IMG/VR virus record: IMGVR_UViG_3300035423_000032
Coordinates: 44,984-64,983 of that record
Length of the DNA: 20,000 bases
Strand: one strand, 5' to 3'
Source: an uncultured virus (IMG/VR IMGVR_UViG_3300035423_000032)
Taxonomy: Duplodnaviria; Heunggongvirae; Uroviricota; Caudoviricetes
Shown here in pieces: positions 1-7,961 of the stretch. Numbering within the stretch: the stretch's first letter is position 1; every line of letters starts with the position of its first letter. A program made the translations under genes and the position numbers. The notes below the pieces were generated by a model. It did not search any database. It had not been told where the DNA came from and was given only the letters and a program-made list of their open reading frames with translations.

Positions 1-131
1 CTAAGGCTTGCTAAAATCTCGTCCATAATAAGATTTTCAACTTCGTCAAGTTTGATATTTGTTGATTCGTGTACGAGTTTTACAAGCGTTTCTTCCGTAA
101 GCGTTAATTCTATTGTTACTTTATTTTCCAT
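1..131 (-). CDS. Hypothetical protein, N-terminal part only (MENKVTIELTLTEETLVKLVHEST...), runs off the window
   Basis: ATG at 131 just after the upstream MTase stop, preceded by GGAG; open to the window edge. Confidence 0.65.
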   Translation of the reverse strand, partial: MENKVTIELTLTEETLVKLVHESTNIKLDEVENLIMDEILASL

Positions 132-135
132 ACTT

Positions 136-855
136 TTACTCCGTAAATAAACTAAGTTGTCCGCCTGCTTGGATATTGTTAAGTCTATCGGTTGCTACCT
201 TGTGCCACCTTTCCGAGATTTCAAAGCCCAGATAGTGCCTTTTTAGATTTCGGCTTGCGACAGCTGTCGTTCCGCTACCGATAAAAGGGTCGAATACCAA
301 ATCGCCTTCGCTACTGCTGTTTAATATAAAGTTTTGAATGATATGTACTGGTTTTATCGTGCTATGGTCGAACTTCTTCTTATCATTCACATTCATTGTC
401 GTAACATAGAATGTTTTTTTGCTTTCCGAATTACCAAACAACGGTACACCCTTTTCGCGGAAGAAAAAGCAGTATTCCGTATCATTCATATACTTGTTAT
501 TGCAGGTCGGGCAGACATTCGTTTTGTGCCAAGTGATTAAATTCCAGTTACACTTGCGTTGGATAACGAAGTATTGCAACAGCGCAGGGATTTGACTTTT
601 ACTGCACCAAATATACAGATTTATGCGGTTTAATACTCTTACGAATTCGTCGAGTATTTCCGCCTTAAAACCGTCTGATATTTCAACGTATTGTTCGTAG
701 TGCAGGTTCTTCTTTTCACCGAATTTACCTGCGCTATGCTTTACGCTTTGCTCATACGGCGGATCTGTTACTATTAGGTCGACGCTCTTATCGGGCAAAT
801 CTTTAATTGCTTGATAACTGTCAACGCAGTTTATTGTGTCAAGGTCAAACTTCAA
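136..855 (-). CDS. N4-cytosine/N6-adenine DNA methyltransferase (beta class)
   Basis: DPPY motif IV, HSTIKP, DPFIGSGTT motif I; likely TTG start at 855 overlapping the upstream TGA (TTGA) after GAGG; C-terminal QLSLF. Confidence 0.92.
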   Translation of the reverse strand: MKFDLDTINCVDSYQAIKDLPDKSVDLIVTDPPYEQSVKHSAGKFGEKKNLHYEQYVEISDGFKAEILDEFVRVLNRINLYIWCSKSQIPALLQYFVIQRKCNWNLITWHKTNVCPTCNNKYMNDTEYCFFFREKGVPLFGNSESKKTFYVTTMNVNDKKKFDHSTIKPVHIIQNFILNSSSEGDLVFDPFIGSGTTAVASRNLKRHYLGFEISERWHKVATDRLNNIQAGGQLSLFTE

Positions 856-2350
856 GCCGCTTCCTCTGCAATTTCTTTTAAGCCTTCCATAACATAGAGA
901 ATGTTCGGTAAAGCCATTCCGTTGCCCCACATTTTGTATTCGGGGGAATCGTTGTGTTTAATATCTTTCGCCCACCAGTCAGGCATTCCTTGTAATCGTG
1001 CGCATTCTGTCGGCGTAAGACGGCGGACTATTAACCGCGCATTAGTAATTTGGCAAATCGCATTGCCGCCTTGATTTTTTGAAGGGTCTGGCACAGAGGT
1101 ATCTAAGCAACGCGCGATTTCTGTTTTATGTATTCCGCTGTGAGGGTTCTTTGATTTCATGCTGTTGGAGGCGAGCGAATCTAACGTATAAGCCTCGCTG
1201 TAAACAACATAGTTGGGGCATTTATAGTCGCGGCTCTTTAATGTTGGTGATTTTTCTTCTTCGATTGAAAAATATGTTTCGTCTGTTCCACAGTAACAAA
1301 CCGCGTGTCTGTCGATAGTATTAAGCGTGTAACTTACGCCCTCTTTTACCCCTTTACCGTTACACCCCGCCGTATCCGCACGGTCAATACAATTACCTTG
1401 AATGCAATAGACGGGAGGCTTAGCCCCTATAACCAATAACGCCCGTTCTGCACCCGTAGCACACAACGTACAGCAAGGGTCGCCATTCTTGGGGTTGCTT
1501 GCATTTGTTTTGCTGGTTATGGTTTCTTCATTGTAAACAACTACTGCGGTGTAGTCAGTGACGCGATTTTCGTGGTCGCCCGTTATTGTTGGCGCAATAG
1601 CCCCATTTCCGTTGCCTCTTGCATCGAAACATTGCCCTGAATTATGAGCGCAATTTTCAGCAACGTCGGAAGAGTCTTTCCACGTTTGACTGACCGTCTT
1701 AAAATTCCGCGACAAGCCGTTTCGCTCAAATAATATTTTGTCGGCACGTTCTCCTCTAAAATCTGCGACAAGGTAGATTCTTCTACGACGCTGGGGCACT
1801 CCCCAAAATTGAGCATCGAGCGTTCGCCACGCGAGGGAATATCCTCGACCCAATATGTATCCTGCTCTGTTCCAGCGAGTAGATTTGCCCCCCCCCGCGA
1901 AGGTCGAGGAATAACGGCTGAACCGTCTTTAACTCTGACGATTTCTTCAAGGACTGTTCGGAAGTCTTCGCCTTGGTTTGAACTGTATGCGCCGGGGACG
2001 TTTTCCCAAACAACGAATCGAGGAAACTCATTTGCTGTTGCATTTCGCATCTCCTTAATAATTCTTATAGCTTCCATAAAAAGCCCTGACCGTTCACCGT
2101 CTAACCCTTCACGCTTACCTGCTATTGAAAGGTCTTGGCAGGGTGAGCCAAAAGTTATTATGTCAACGGGTTCTATTTCTGCACCATTAATCTTTGTAAT
2201 ATCGCCAAGTTGTTTAACCTTTGGAAATCTCTTTGCCGTTACTTCGAGTGGAAATTTTTCTATTTCTGAACTCCATACTGACTGAATTCCACAAAGCTCT
2301 GCCGCGAAACAACACGTTCCTGCGCCGTCAAATAAACTACCCATTCTCAT
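852..2350 (-). CDS. C5-cytosine DNA methyltransferase alpha subunit, frameshifted at the G9 tract (would be 499 aa with G10)
   Basis: 5' frame has SLFDGAG (I), GSPCQD (IV), WENVPG (VI); 3' frame has AWRTLDAQFWGVPQRRRRIY (VII/VIII), RRLTPTECARLQG and GNG (X); one extra G joins them as ...PSRGGGKSTRWNRAGYILGRGYSLAW. Confidence 0.88.
1583..2043 (-). CDS. Nested beta subunit of the heterodimeric C5-MTase (M.EcoHK31I beta-like), frameshifted at the same G9 tract (153 aa with G10)
   Basis: AAGGAG RBS 7 nt before ATG 2043; N-term SLFGKTSP...KTSEQSLKK; C-term ECPSVVEESTLSQILEENVPTKYYLSETACRGILRR resembles the motif IX-bearing beta polypeptide. Confidence 0.8.
1888..1896 (-). repeat. G9 homopolymer (coding strand TCGC-GGGGGGGGG), putative slipped-strand switch
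   Basis: C9 on + strand at the exact frame junction of both alpha and beta ORFs. Confidence 0.85.
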
Positions 2351-2901
2351 ACTGCTAAGTCCCTCACATAAAACCAACTTTGGGGCGCAGTAAGCACCGT
2401 CCTATCGCAGTAAACTTCTTTGGTTGAAGTCCCCTGATATGCGTAGCGACAGCCTTTGCAATAAATGTCTGTGTTATAGTCGGTCTTTCCGTTTTTGCAC
2501 AGGAATTCAAATTCGTTAAGTTCTTTCGGCTGTTCGTAAACAGTAAGTTCGGAAATATGCAAGCCGTAAAGATAATCTTCTTTGCCGTATGCACGCGCCT
2601 CGCTCTCGGTAAGACAACTGCCACCCCTTGCGATAGCTTCAAAACCGCACTCGCCATAAAGAATTGTTTTGTCGCAAATAAATTCGCCAACAACCTTTCC
2701 GCGAGCCTTGTTTGTAAGAATTACGCTGGCTGCGCTCAAATCGTCGCAGAGAGTAATATCAAACTTACTGCTCGTAACGTAAATGTAAACCTTAAAAGGT
2801 CCGTTAATGTGCGGTATTCTTTTGCGGATCTCAACTGTCTTTAAACCGCGTAATATAAGTTCTACCCACTTGGGTTGAATTGCTATTAAAATCGCTTTCG
2901 C
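2347..2901 (-). CDS. ASCH/PUA-like domain protein; start codon apparently GTG->GCG
   Basis: Frame open from 2901: AKAILIAIQPKWVELILRGLKTVEIRKRIP...PFKVYIY...GKVVGEF...APQSW; the ORF track only called it from 2739. Confidence 0.78.
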   Translation of the reverse strand, partial: AKAILIAIQPKWVELILRGLKTVEIRKRIPHINGPFKVYIYVTSSKFDITLCDDLSAASVILTNKARGKVVGEFICDKTILYGECGFEAIARGGSCLTESEARAYGKEDYLYGLHISELTVYEQPKELNEFEFLCKNGKTDYNTDIYCKGCRYAYQGTSTKEVYCDRTVLTAPQSWFYVRDLAV

Positions 2902-3131
2902 TTTCTACCTCTATAAAGTCGGCTCTTTCTTTGCTTTTTTGTTTCCAGTACTAATGGGCAATCGAATTCGCGCCCATTGTCGTTCGGCAGCGCGGTTTCC
3001 CTACCTGTTAAGCAACAACCATAGATTAAATCACTATCTTTATCAAGTTCGTTTACCTTTCTATGATAGGCAAAATCGCATCCTGTACAGGTAGTTGGAA
3101 TCTCGTCAACTATTACCGATAAAACTTTCAC
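2886..3131 (-). CDS. Small Cys-rich hypothetical phage protein
   Basis: PTTCTGCDF...CCLT...CPL; coupled to neighbours. Confidence 0.7.
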   Translation of the reverse strand: MKVLSVIVDEIPTTCTGCDFAYHRKVNELDKDSDLIYGCCLTGRETALPNDNGREFDCPLVLETKKQRKSRLYRGRKRKRF

Positions 3132-3132
3132 C

Positions 3133-3336
3133 TTACAATTCCTCTAAATACCCGATAAGTTCGTCCGCCGAGCAGTCACCTTCCAAGTAAGCAATTACCT
3201 CTATGATTCTGTCATCGCCCAAATCGACACCCATTTTTTCAAGCTCGGTATTAAGTTTTAAATTTAATTCCCTTTGCTTTTCTGCGTTTTTAGCAATGCA
3301 ATTTGCAATATCTTTAACTTTTTGTGATACTTTCAC
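3133..3336 (-). CDS. Hypothetical protein
   Basis: ORF coupled to the upstream stop (GTGA). Confidence 0.65.
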   Translation of the reverse strand: MKVSQKVKDIANCIAKNAEKQRELNLKLNTELEKMGVDLGDDRIIEVIAYLEGDCSADELIGYLEEL

Positions 3337-3515
3337 TTTCTTGCCTTCCTTTGCTTTTTTCGGGTCTGTCGAGCAACCTTGTTCCGCTTATGGCGTTTGT
3401 TCTTAATTTTTGCAATGTGAGGACCTTTGGTATAAGGTCTTGATTTGCGCTGTTCGGGGAATCTGAAATTATCAAATATTCCGTCCGAATAAATATGATT
3501 TCCGAGTATAAACAT
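3333..3515 (-). CDS. Small basic hypothetical protein
   Basis: ORF in operon; Lys/Arg-rich C-terminus. Confidence 0.6.
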   Translation of the reverse strand: MFILGNHIYSDGIFDNFRFPEQRKSRPYTKGPHIAKIKNKRHKRNKVARQTRKKQRKARK

Positions 3516-3523
3516 TCTGCTTC

Positions 3524-3763
3524 CTATCTATCGCTCTTATAAATTTTTAGTAGTTTTCGTTTTAACTTTTTAGGCATAGGCATTTTTAGTATTTCTTCCA
3601 TCGGGGTACCGTGGCGGTAATGCCACTCAATGTCGTTCACTTGACGTTGCTTTTTTTGAATGTCTTTGAGTTGACTATCAAGTATCAGTAACACCAAAAG
3701 ACATATTAGAACGCCCAGTATCAGGCTCGCCATAATAAGTCCGAGAATTGAAAATACGTTCAT
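3524..3763 (-). CDS. Small membrane protein (single N-terminal TM helix)
   Basis: VFSILGLIMASLILGVLICLLVLLIL hydrophobic stretch. Confidence 0.65.
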   Translation of the reverse strand: MNVFSILGLIMASLILGVLICLLVLLILDSQLKDIQKKQRQVNDIEWHYRHGTPMEEILKMPMPKKLKRKLLKIYKSDR

Positions 3764-3950
3764 TGCCTGCCTTTCCTATCAAATTCACGAATTGCTTTGA
3801 CTTGTGTTTGTAGATAATCAAAGCATTCGTTCTCTCGCCGCAATACTCTTTAACCTTTCCGTTATCGAGAAGTACGGTATCAAAATTCCTTCTCATAGAA
3901 AGCCGTTTGAGCTTTCGCTTTTTTCTGTCTAAGTTAAATTTGTTAGCCAT
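3678..3950 (-). CDS. Hypothetical protein
   Basis: TAATG coupling at 3950; overlaps the next gene by 86 nt. Confidence 0.5.
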   Translation of the reverse strand: MANKFNLDRKKRKLKRLSMRRNFDTVLLDNGKVKEYCGERTNALIIYKHKSKQFVNLIGKAGNERIFNSRTYYGEPDTGRSNMSFGVTDT

Positions 3951-4555
3951 TAGGTATTACCCTTTACTCTCCGTATGACATTTGTGTCGTAGCCGCTATC
4001 GACAAACTTTTCGCAAAGCGGGCGGTTGATTCCGTTGCCGAGATAGGTGTATATGTACAACCATTCTTCCTGAGTGAATTTCGTCCCTAAGTACTGGTTG
4101 ATCCCTTCGCGCATTCTGGTTTGAAAAGCAATATTCTTCTCTATGCTTTTCTTGCTGCGGTTTCCGTAAGGTTCGGACTTACTTGCCGCGCGGGAAATCT
4201 GCTCTATAATTTTGCACCGCAGTGTAGTTAGGCTCGTTATGGAACTTAATCCAAAATAGGTGTTTGAGTCACGGTCCAGTATCAGCTCATTTGACGAGTT
4301 AATGAAACTGCCGGGGAATAACCGCATAAACCACAAAATAGCCGCCGCGACTGTTACAGGGTCTTTATCGTTCAATTTTGCTTTTACGGATTCAAACTTA
4401 TGGAATTTGATTATCTCGGCTGCACAATAAGGACAGTATTTGTAGGGCATTGTCCGCCCTGCGTGAACTTCTACCGTTCCGCACGCCGAGCATTTCCAAG
4501 TAGAACCTAAGTCCTTTTCAAGTATCTCTGTTTGTGTGTATTCGCAAGTTTTCAT
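3950..4555 (-). CDS. Hypothetical phage protein with N-terminal Zn ribbon
   Basis: CSAC...CPYC, then a phage-like domain (SFIN..ELI...YLGT.F...IYTYLGNG). Confidence 0.8.
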   Translation of the reverse strand: MKTCEYTQTEILEKDLGSTWKCSACGTVEVHAGRTMPYKYCPYCAAEIIKFHKFESVKAKLNDKDPVTVAAAILWFMRLFPGSFINSSNELILDRDSNTYFGLSSITSLTTLRCKIIEQISRAASKSEPYGNRSKKSIEKNIAFQTRMREGINQYLGTKFTQEEWLYIYTYLGNGINRPLCEKFVDSGYDTNVIRRVKGNT

Positions 4556-5046
4556 AATGTTGTTTCTCCCTTTAATTCTCTCTCAGCATCTTCGTAGGTT
4601 TTAAAAATATCAGCCTGCTTGCGTCGTATTGTTTCGCCGTAAAGCGTGTAGGAAATTGCGTGTTTGCCTGCGTGAACCTGTCTTATCTTCTCGCTTGAAA
4701 TGACCTTTGAATCGTTCATGCGACGCAGTATGTAAACGTGTTCGCCAACTTTGAATTTTGGCTCATTACTTACCATTTCAAAGCGTGTAGGAATTACACA
4801 AGGTTCAACTATTCTAATCCCGTAATACTCAAACGGTCTTGGTGTTCTTGGCTCAATTTCCATATCTAACCCCATTACCTTTGGTTTAATATGCGGGATA
4901 TATTTTTGGCTATCCTTAACGATTTCCTTTTGTAATTCTTCCGTTACTGCGTTAAAAAGTTCGTCCTTAATCGCAAGTATAAGATTTTGAAATTCTTCTT
5001 CGGTAAGTTCGATTTTTCCGTTTGCGTTCTTGGTTAAAGTAATCAT
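4552..5046 (-). CDS. Hypothetical protein
   Basis: ATGA coupling at both ends. Confidence 0.7.
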   Translation of the reverse strand: MITLTKNANGKIELTEEEFQNLILAIKDELFNAVTEELQKEIVKDSQKYIPHIKPKVMGLDMEIEPRTPRPFEYYGIRIVEPCVIPTRFEMVSNEPKFKVGEHVYILRRMNDSKVISSEKIRQVHAGKHAISYTLYGETIRRKQADIFKTYEDAERELKGETTL

Positions 5047-5534
5047 AAATTGCTATTTACCTTGAAATATTTATTGATAACTTTTATTGCTTGGGCTACG
5101 CCGTGGCAAACCGTAGCGTAATAGCCTTGCTTGTTCAGATATTCTATCCATTCAAGTTGTTCGGGTGTTGGCTTGGCTTTCTCGTCCCTTTTTAGTTCAA
5201 TATAAAGTCCGTGGTAGCCATTAAGCGGTGTAGGAAAGCTCAAGTCGGGGAAACCCGGACGCATTCCGAGCTTTTTAAGTCTGCCGCCATAAGACTTCGA
5301 CCTCTGTCCTTCGTTTGGGATATGTACGACTGTGATTTTGCAGAGCTGACAATACTGAATTACCGCTTCCTGAACTTCATCCTCGGTTACTCTCTGCCCA
5401 GCAACCTTTTTAGGTGCAGCCTTTGATTTTTTTGTACTCTCGCCTATCGGCGGAACCTTAAAGTAATCGCACTCGGTACTGCCGAAGTTGCAACCTTTTT
5501 TATATTCTGAGCACCGCTCGTTGGCGCATTTCAT
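5043..5534 (-). CDS. VRR-NUC domain nuclease (probable Holliday junction resolvase)
   Basis: TEDEVQ..HIPNEG..GMRPGFPDL..LYIELK..TPEQLEW PD-(D/E)xK pattern; ATG 5534 after GGAG. Confidence 0.9.
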   Translation of the reverse strand: MKCANERCSEYKKGCNFGSTECDYFKVPPIGESTKKSKAAPKKVAGQRVTEDEVQEAVIQYCQLCKITVVHIPNEGQRSKSYGGRLKKLGMRPGFPDLSFPTPLNGYHGLYIELKRDEKAKPTPEQLEWIEYLNKQGYYATVCHGVAQAIKVINKYFKVNSNL

Positions 5535-5748
5535 TAGACCACTTTCTCCCAGTAGAAGTTTCTTTCGCAAGCGGCTTTTGCATCTTTAAGCGTTTCTTTA
5601 TGAAAAGCGAATGTGTTATAACCAACGCTGGCCGTATAACGCACTTCCCATCTGCTACGCTCTTTCCAAATCACAAATGTGCCTTTCTTACCTTTCGCCT
5701 CGTAACTACCGTCGTCTTTCTTTTTCCTCTGAAAAGTCCGTCAACCAT
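5534..5748 (-). pseudogene. Uncalled ~70-codon gene (KKKDDGSYEAKGKKGTFVIWKERSRWEVRY...TLKDAKAACERNFYWEKVV) whose nearest upstream ATG (5748) is out of frame
   Basis: Protein-like open frame 5740-5534 ending in TAATG coupling to VRR-NUC; in frame with the upstream TGA. Confidence 0.6.
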
Positions 5749-6172
5749 TCGTGCCGTCCCCCAACCGCAGTTGTTTGTTTACGAAAAGCTGGTACACAGT
5801 TTCGCCAGTCGCAAGGTTATTAAGCATGTAGGGGAAGAAAATCTCGCTCATTGTAACCATTTCGCTTTCGAGAATTGCCATTTGAGCGTCGATCCAGTCT
5901 TTTACAATTCGCCACGCTGTCATTTCCGCCTGTGCATAGTTCGCACCTGACACCTTTTGTTTCTGTAATACCAGCAAGACCTTTTCGACATTCGCGGGCA
6001 AGCGCACAGCCTGTACCCCAAACGGCGTGTCGATTTCAAAGCAAACGGCAACGACCTTTCCGTTGTCGTAATCGTGAGCAACGCGCCTTGCGCCGTGCTC
6101 GGCTAAAATTCCGCTTATTTCGCTGATTGTTTTGTATGCGCTGACTTTTGTCGTGTAATTTTTAATAGGCAT
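5741..6172 (-). CDS. Conserved-looking hypothetical phage protein
   Basis: GAGG RBS; MPIKNYTT...LPAN...AWRIVKDWIDAQMAI. Confidence 0.82.
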   Translation of the reverse strand: MPIKNYTTKVSAYKTISEISGILAEHGARRVAHDYDNGKVVAVCFEIDTPFGVQAVRLPANVEKVLLVLQKQKVSGANYAQAEMTAWRIVKDWIDAQMAILESEMVTMSEIFFPYMLNNLATGETVYQLFVNKQLRLGDGTNG

Positions 6173-6197
6173 AAATTCCTCTCTTTTTTGTGTTTTC

Positions 6198-6220
6198 TCT
6201 CACACCGCAAGGGTGTGAGA
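6198..6220. other. Hairpin immediately downstream of the putative DGR variable region
   Basis: TCTCACACC-GCAAG-GGTGTGAGA, perfect 9-bp stem starting 2 nt past the stop codon. Confidence 0.7.
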
Positions 6221-6222
6221 TT

Positions 6223-6990
6223 TTAGATACCGATTTGGAAATGGGGGCGAAGGTAATCCCCGTCGTCCGCGTAGTCGTAGATCGCAAACCCGCTGCTGCT
6301 CACACCGCAGAAGTACTCAGCCGAGGCAACCGAGCGAGTCCACTGCCATCTGCCGTACTCTCCGTCACGGCAACCCGCAATGCGGTTGCGCCAGTCCTCT
6401 TTATAGAGTTCAAACTGTTCGCCCTCCTCGTACATTGCATGAATCTTTCTGCCGTGCAATTCAAACTCCGACGGAATGAATACTTTGTCTTCCAAGAATT
6501 CTCCGTTGCCTACGTCAATTTTGGTCGGAATTATGTATTTTGCAAGGTCGTCGGGTAGCAACGCAAGGAAGTCTTCGTTGAGCCACTTGCGAGCAAGTGT
6601 CTTTGCATATCCCCCTTTAGTGGTACAACTTTTGTTCATTGCAATTCGCCCGTCGCCGTCGTTTGTACCATACAAATCTAAAAGATTAAGAATAACCGCG
6701 TTGTCTTTTCTGTGAGTAATTTGTACCGTATAAAACTCACCGTTTTTTAAGGTAATATTCTTTTTTGCGCCTAAACCTAAAGCCTTTCCACTCTTAGTTT
6801 TTAAAATCTCAATAATCTCGTCCCAACTCTTACTGTTAAGGTCTATGGCAATAGCGGGTAGTGGATGGTTTACCTCTATGAGCTTACTGCAGGTAGGACA
6901 CTTTATTGCTGGGATAATATCCGACTCGTCAAATTCCATTGCTGTAAGACAGCCATTACATGTTGTTACATTCCCTGTGATTACTTTCAT
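6223..6990 (-). CDS. Zn-ribbon + DUF6273/CLec-like protein, probable DGR target
   Basis: CNGC...CPTC; GGY..T.ARKWLN..F, DKVFIPSEFEL, WQWTRS...FCGV...G...LRPHFQI. Confidence 0.82.
   Translation of the reverse strand: MKVITGNVTTCNGCLTAMEFDESDIIPAIKCPTCSKLIEVNHPLPAIAIDLNSKSWDEIIEILKTKSGKALGLGAKKNITLKNGEFYTVQITHRKDNAVILNLLDLYGTNDGDGRIAMNKSCTTKGGYAKTLARKWLNEDFLALLPDDLAKYIIPTKIDVGNGEFLEDKVFIPSEFELHGRKIHAMYEEGEQFELYKEDWRNRIAGCRDGEYGRWQWTRSVASAEYFCGVSSSGFAIYDYADDGDYLRPHFQIGI
6232..6345 (-). other. Putative DGR variable region (VR)
   Basis: Scaffold codons are A-free (TCG GTT GCC, TTC TGC, GTG, GGG, GCG, CTT CGC CCC); 13 intervening codons all end in C/T, matching an AAY template. Confidence 0.7.
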
Positions 6991-7961
6991 AAATTCTCCT
7001 TGTTAAAGTAAATTTCCCTTATTGTTTTTCCGTCCTTGCGCGGCACATAGTCCATGAATTCGCAAGTTCGGAATAGAATTCTGTTGTTGCACCACCGTTG
7101 CAAATCTCTTATGATTTGCGGGGCGGTATTTTTGCGGTAAATTCTTATGTCGGGCAAAAAACCCAGTTTTCTCACAGCTTGCACACGGTAAAGGTCTTGC
7201 TCTATCGTTGTGTTGAAATTTGTTAGTATGTAAACGATTTGCTTACTGTCGCCACCACCAACAATCTCTTTGTAAACCGAAAGACCTTTAATGATTGCCT
7301 TTTCGTTTTTCATAAAGTCGAAAGCGAAGTGCGTCCGCTTTGCCTTAATCTTTTTTAAGAGGTCGGCAACTTCTCGCGTAATAAATCTCGCATCGAGTCC
7401 TTGGTTGAAATTCACGTTCGCCTTACTATCTGCGAGCTGTTGCAGAAGTTCCATTCGGTCTTTGCAAGCAAGCAGGTTTGCGTCAAGCAGTTCAATATTT
7501 TTCTGCCCTTTCCAAAACTCTGACAAATCAGCAACCTTTTGACTGCATATTCCCTCTTTCTTGCTCACAATGCAGAAGTCACAGTTGTTACAGCAACCCC
7601 GTGTAAGAAAGCCGTAAGCGGTATCCTTAGTGAGTTCGGGGTATAGACTGTAATCGGGGTAAATGTGTTCTATCTCGTCGGGTAGCACGGGGTCGCGGTC
7701 TTTATGGTAAACTTCTTTTCCGTTCTCAACCGTTATTGCAAAACCAGTTCCGCCGTAAACTATTTCGTCGGCTTGTAAGCAGGAAATCGGCATTTCCGAA
7801 TACTCGTCGCCAAAAACCTTGCTGACATAGATTTTGTCGTAATGTTTTAAAGGCAATACAAACTCTACCGAATCGCCACGCGCCTTGTGCCACGCTGATA
7901 TTTTCATTAAGGGCAGGTTCGGGAAGTTATGACTATCAACGTCGAATAAACCGATATTCAT
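6987..7961 (-). CDS. Radical SAM protein with N-terminal B12-binding-like region
   Basis: TRGCCNNCDFC (CxxxCxxC); N-term PNLPLMKISAWHK...GGTG. Confidence 0.85.
   Translation of the reverse strand: MNIGLFDVDSHNFPNLPLMKISAWHKARGDSVEFVLPLKHYDKIYVSKVFGDEYSEMPISCLQADEIVYGGTGFAITVENGKEVYHKDRDPVLPDEIEHIYPDYSLYPELTKDTAYGFLTRGCCNNCDFCIVSKKEGICSQKVADLSEFWKGQKNIELLDANLLACKDRMELLQQLADSKANVNFNQGLDARFITREVADLLKKIKAKRTHFAFDFMKNEKAIIKGLSVYKEIVGGGDSKQIVYILTNFNTTIEQDLYRVQAVRKLGFLPDIRIYRKNTAPQIIRDLQRWCNNRILFRTCEFMDYVPRKDGKTIREIYFNKENL

Noticed and set aside
3678..3763. 86-nt overlap of two small ORFs as programmed recoding
   Set aside because: No slippery site or structure seen; could be simple stop loss, cannot be supported
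6199..6309. 11-bp direct repeat CTCACACCGCA at 6199-6209 and 6299-6309
   Set aside because: Only two short copies, one spanning a presumed variable codon; not a CRISPR or TR, probably chance
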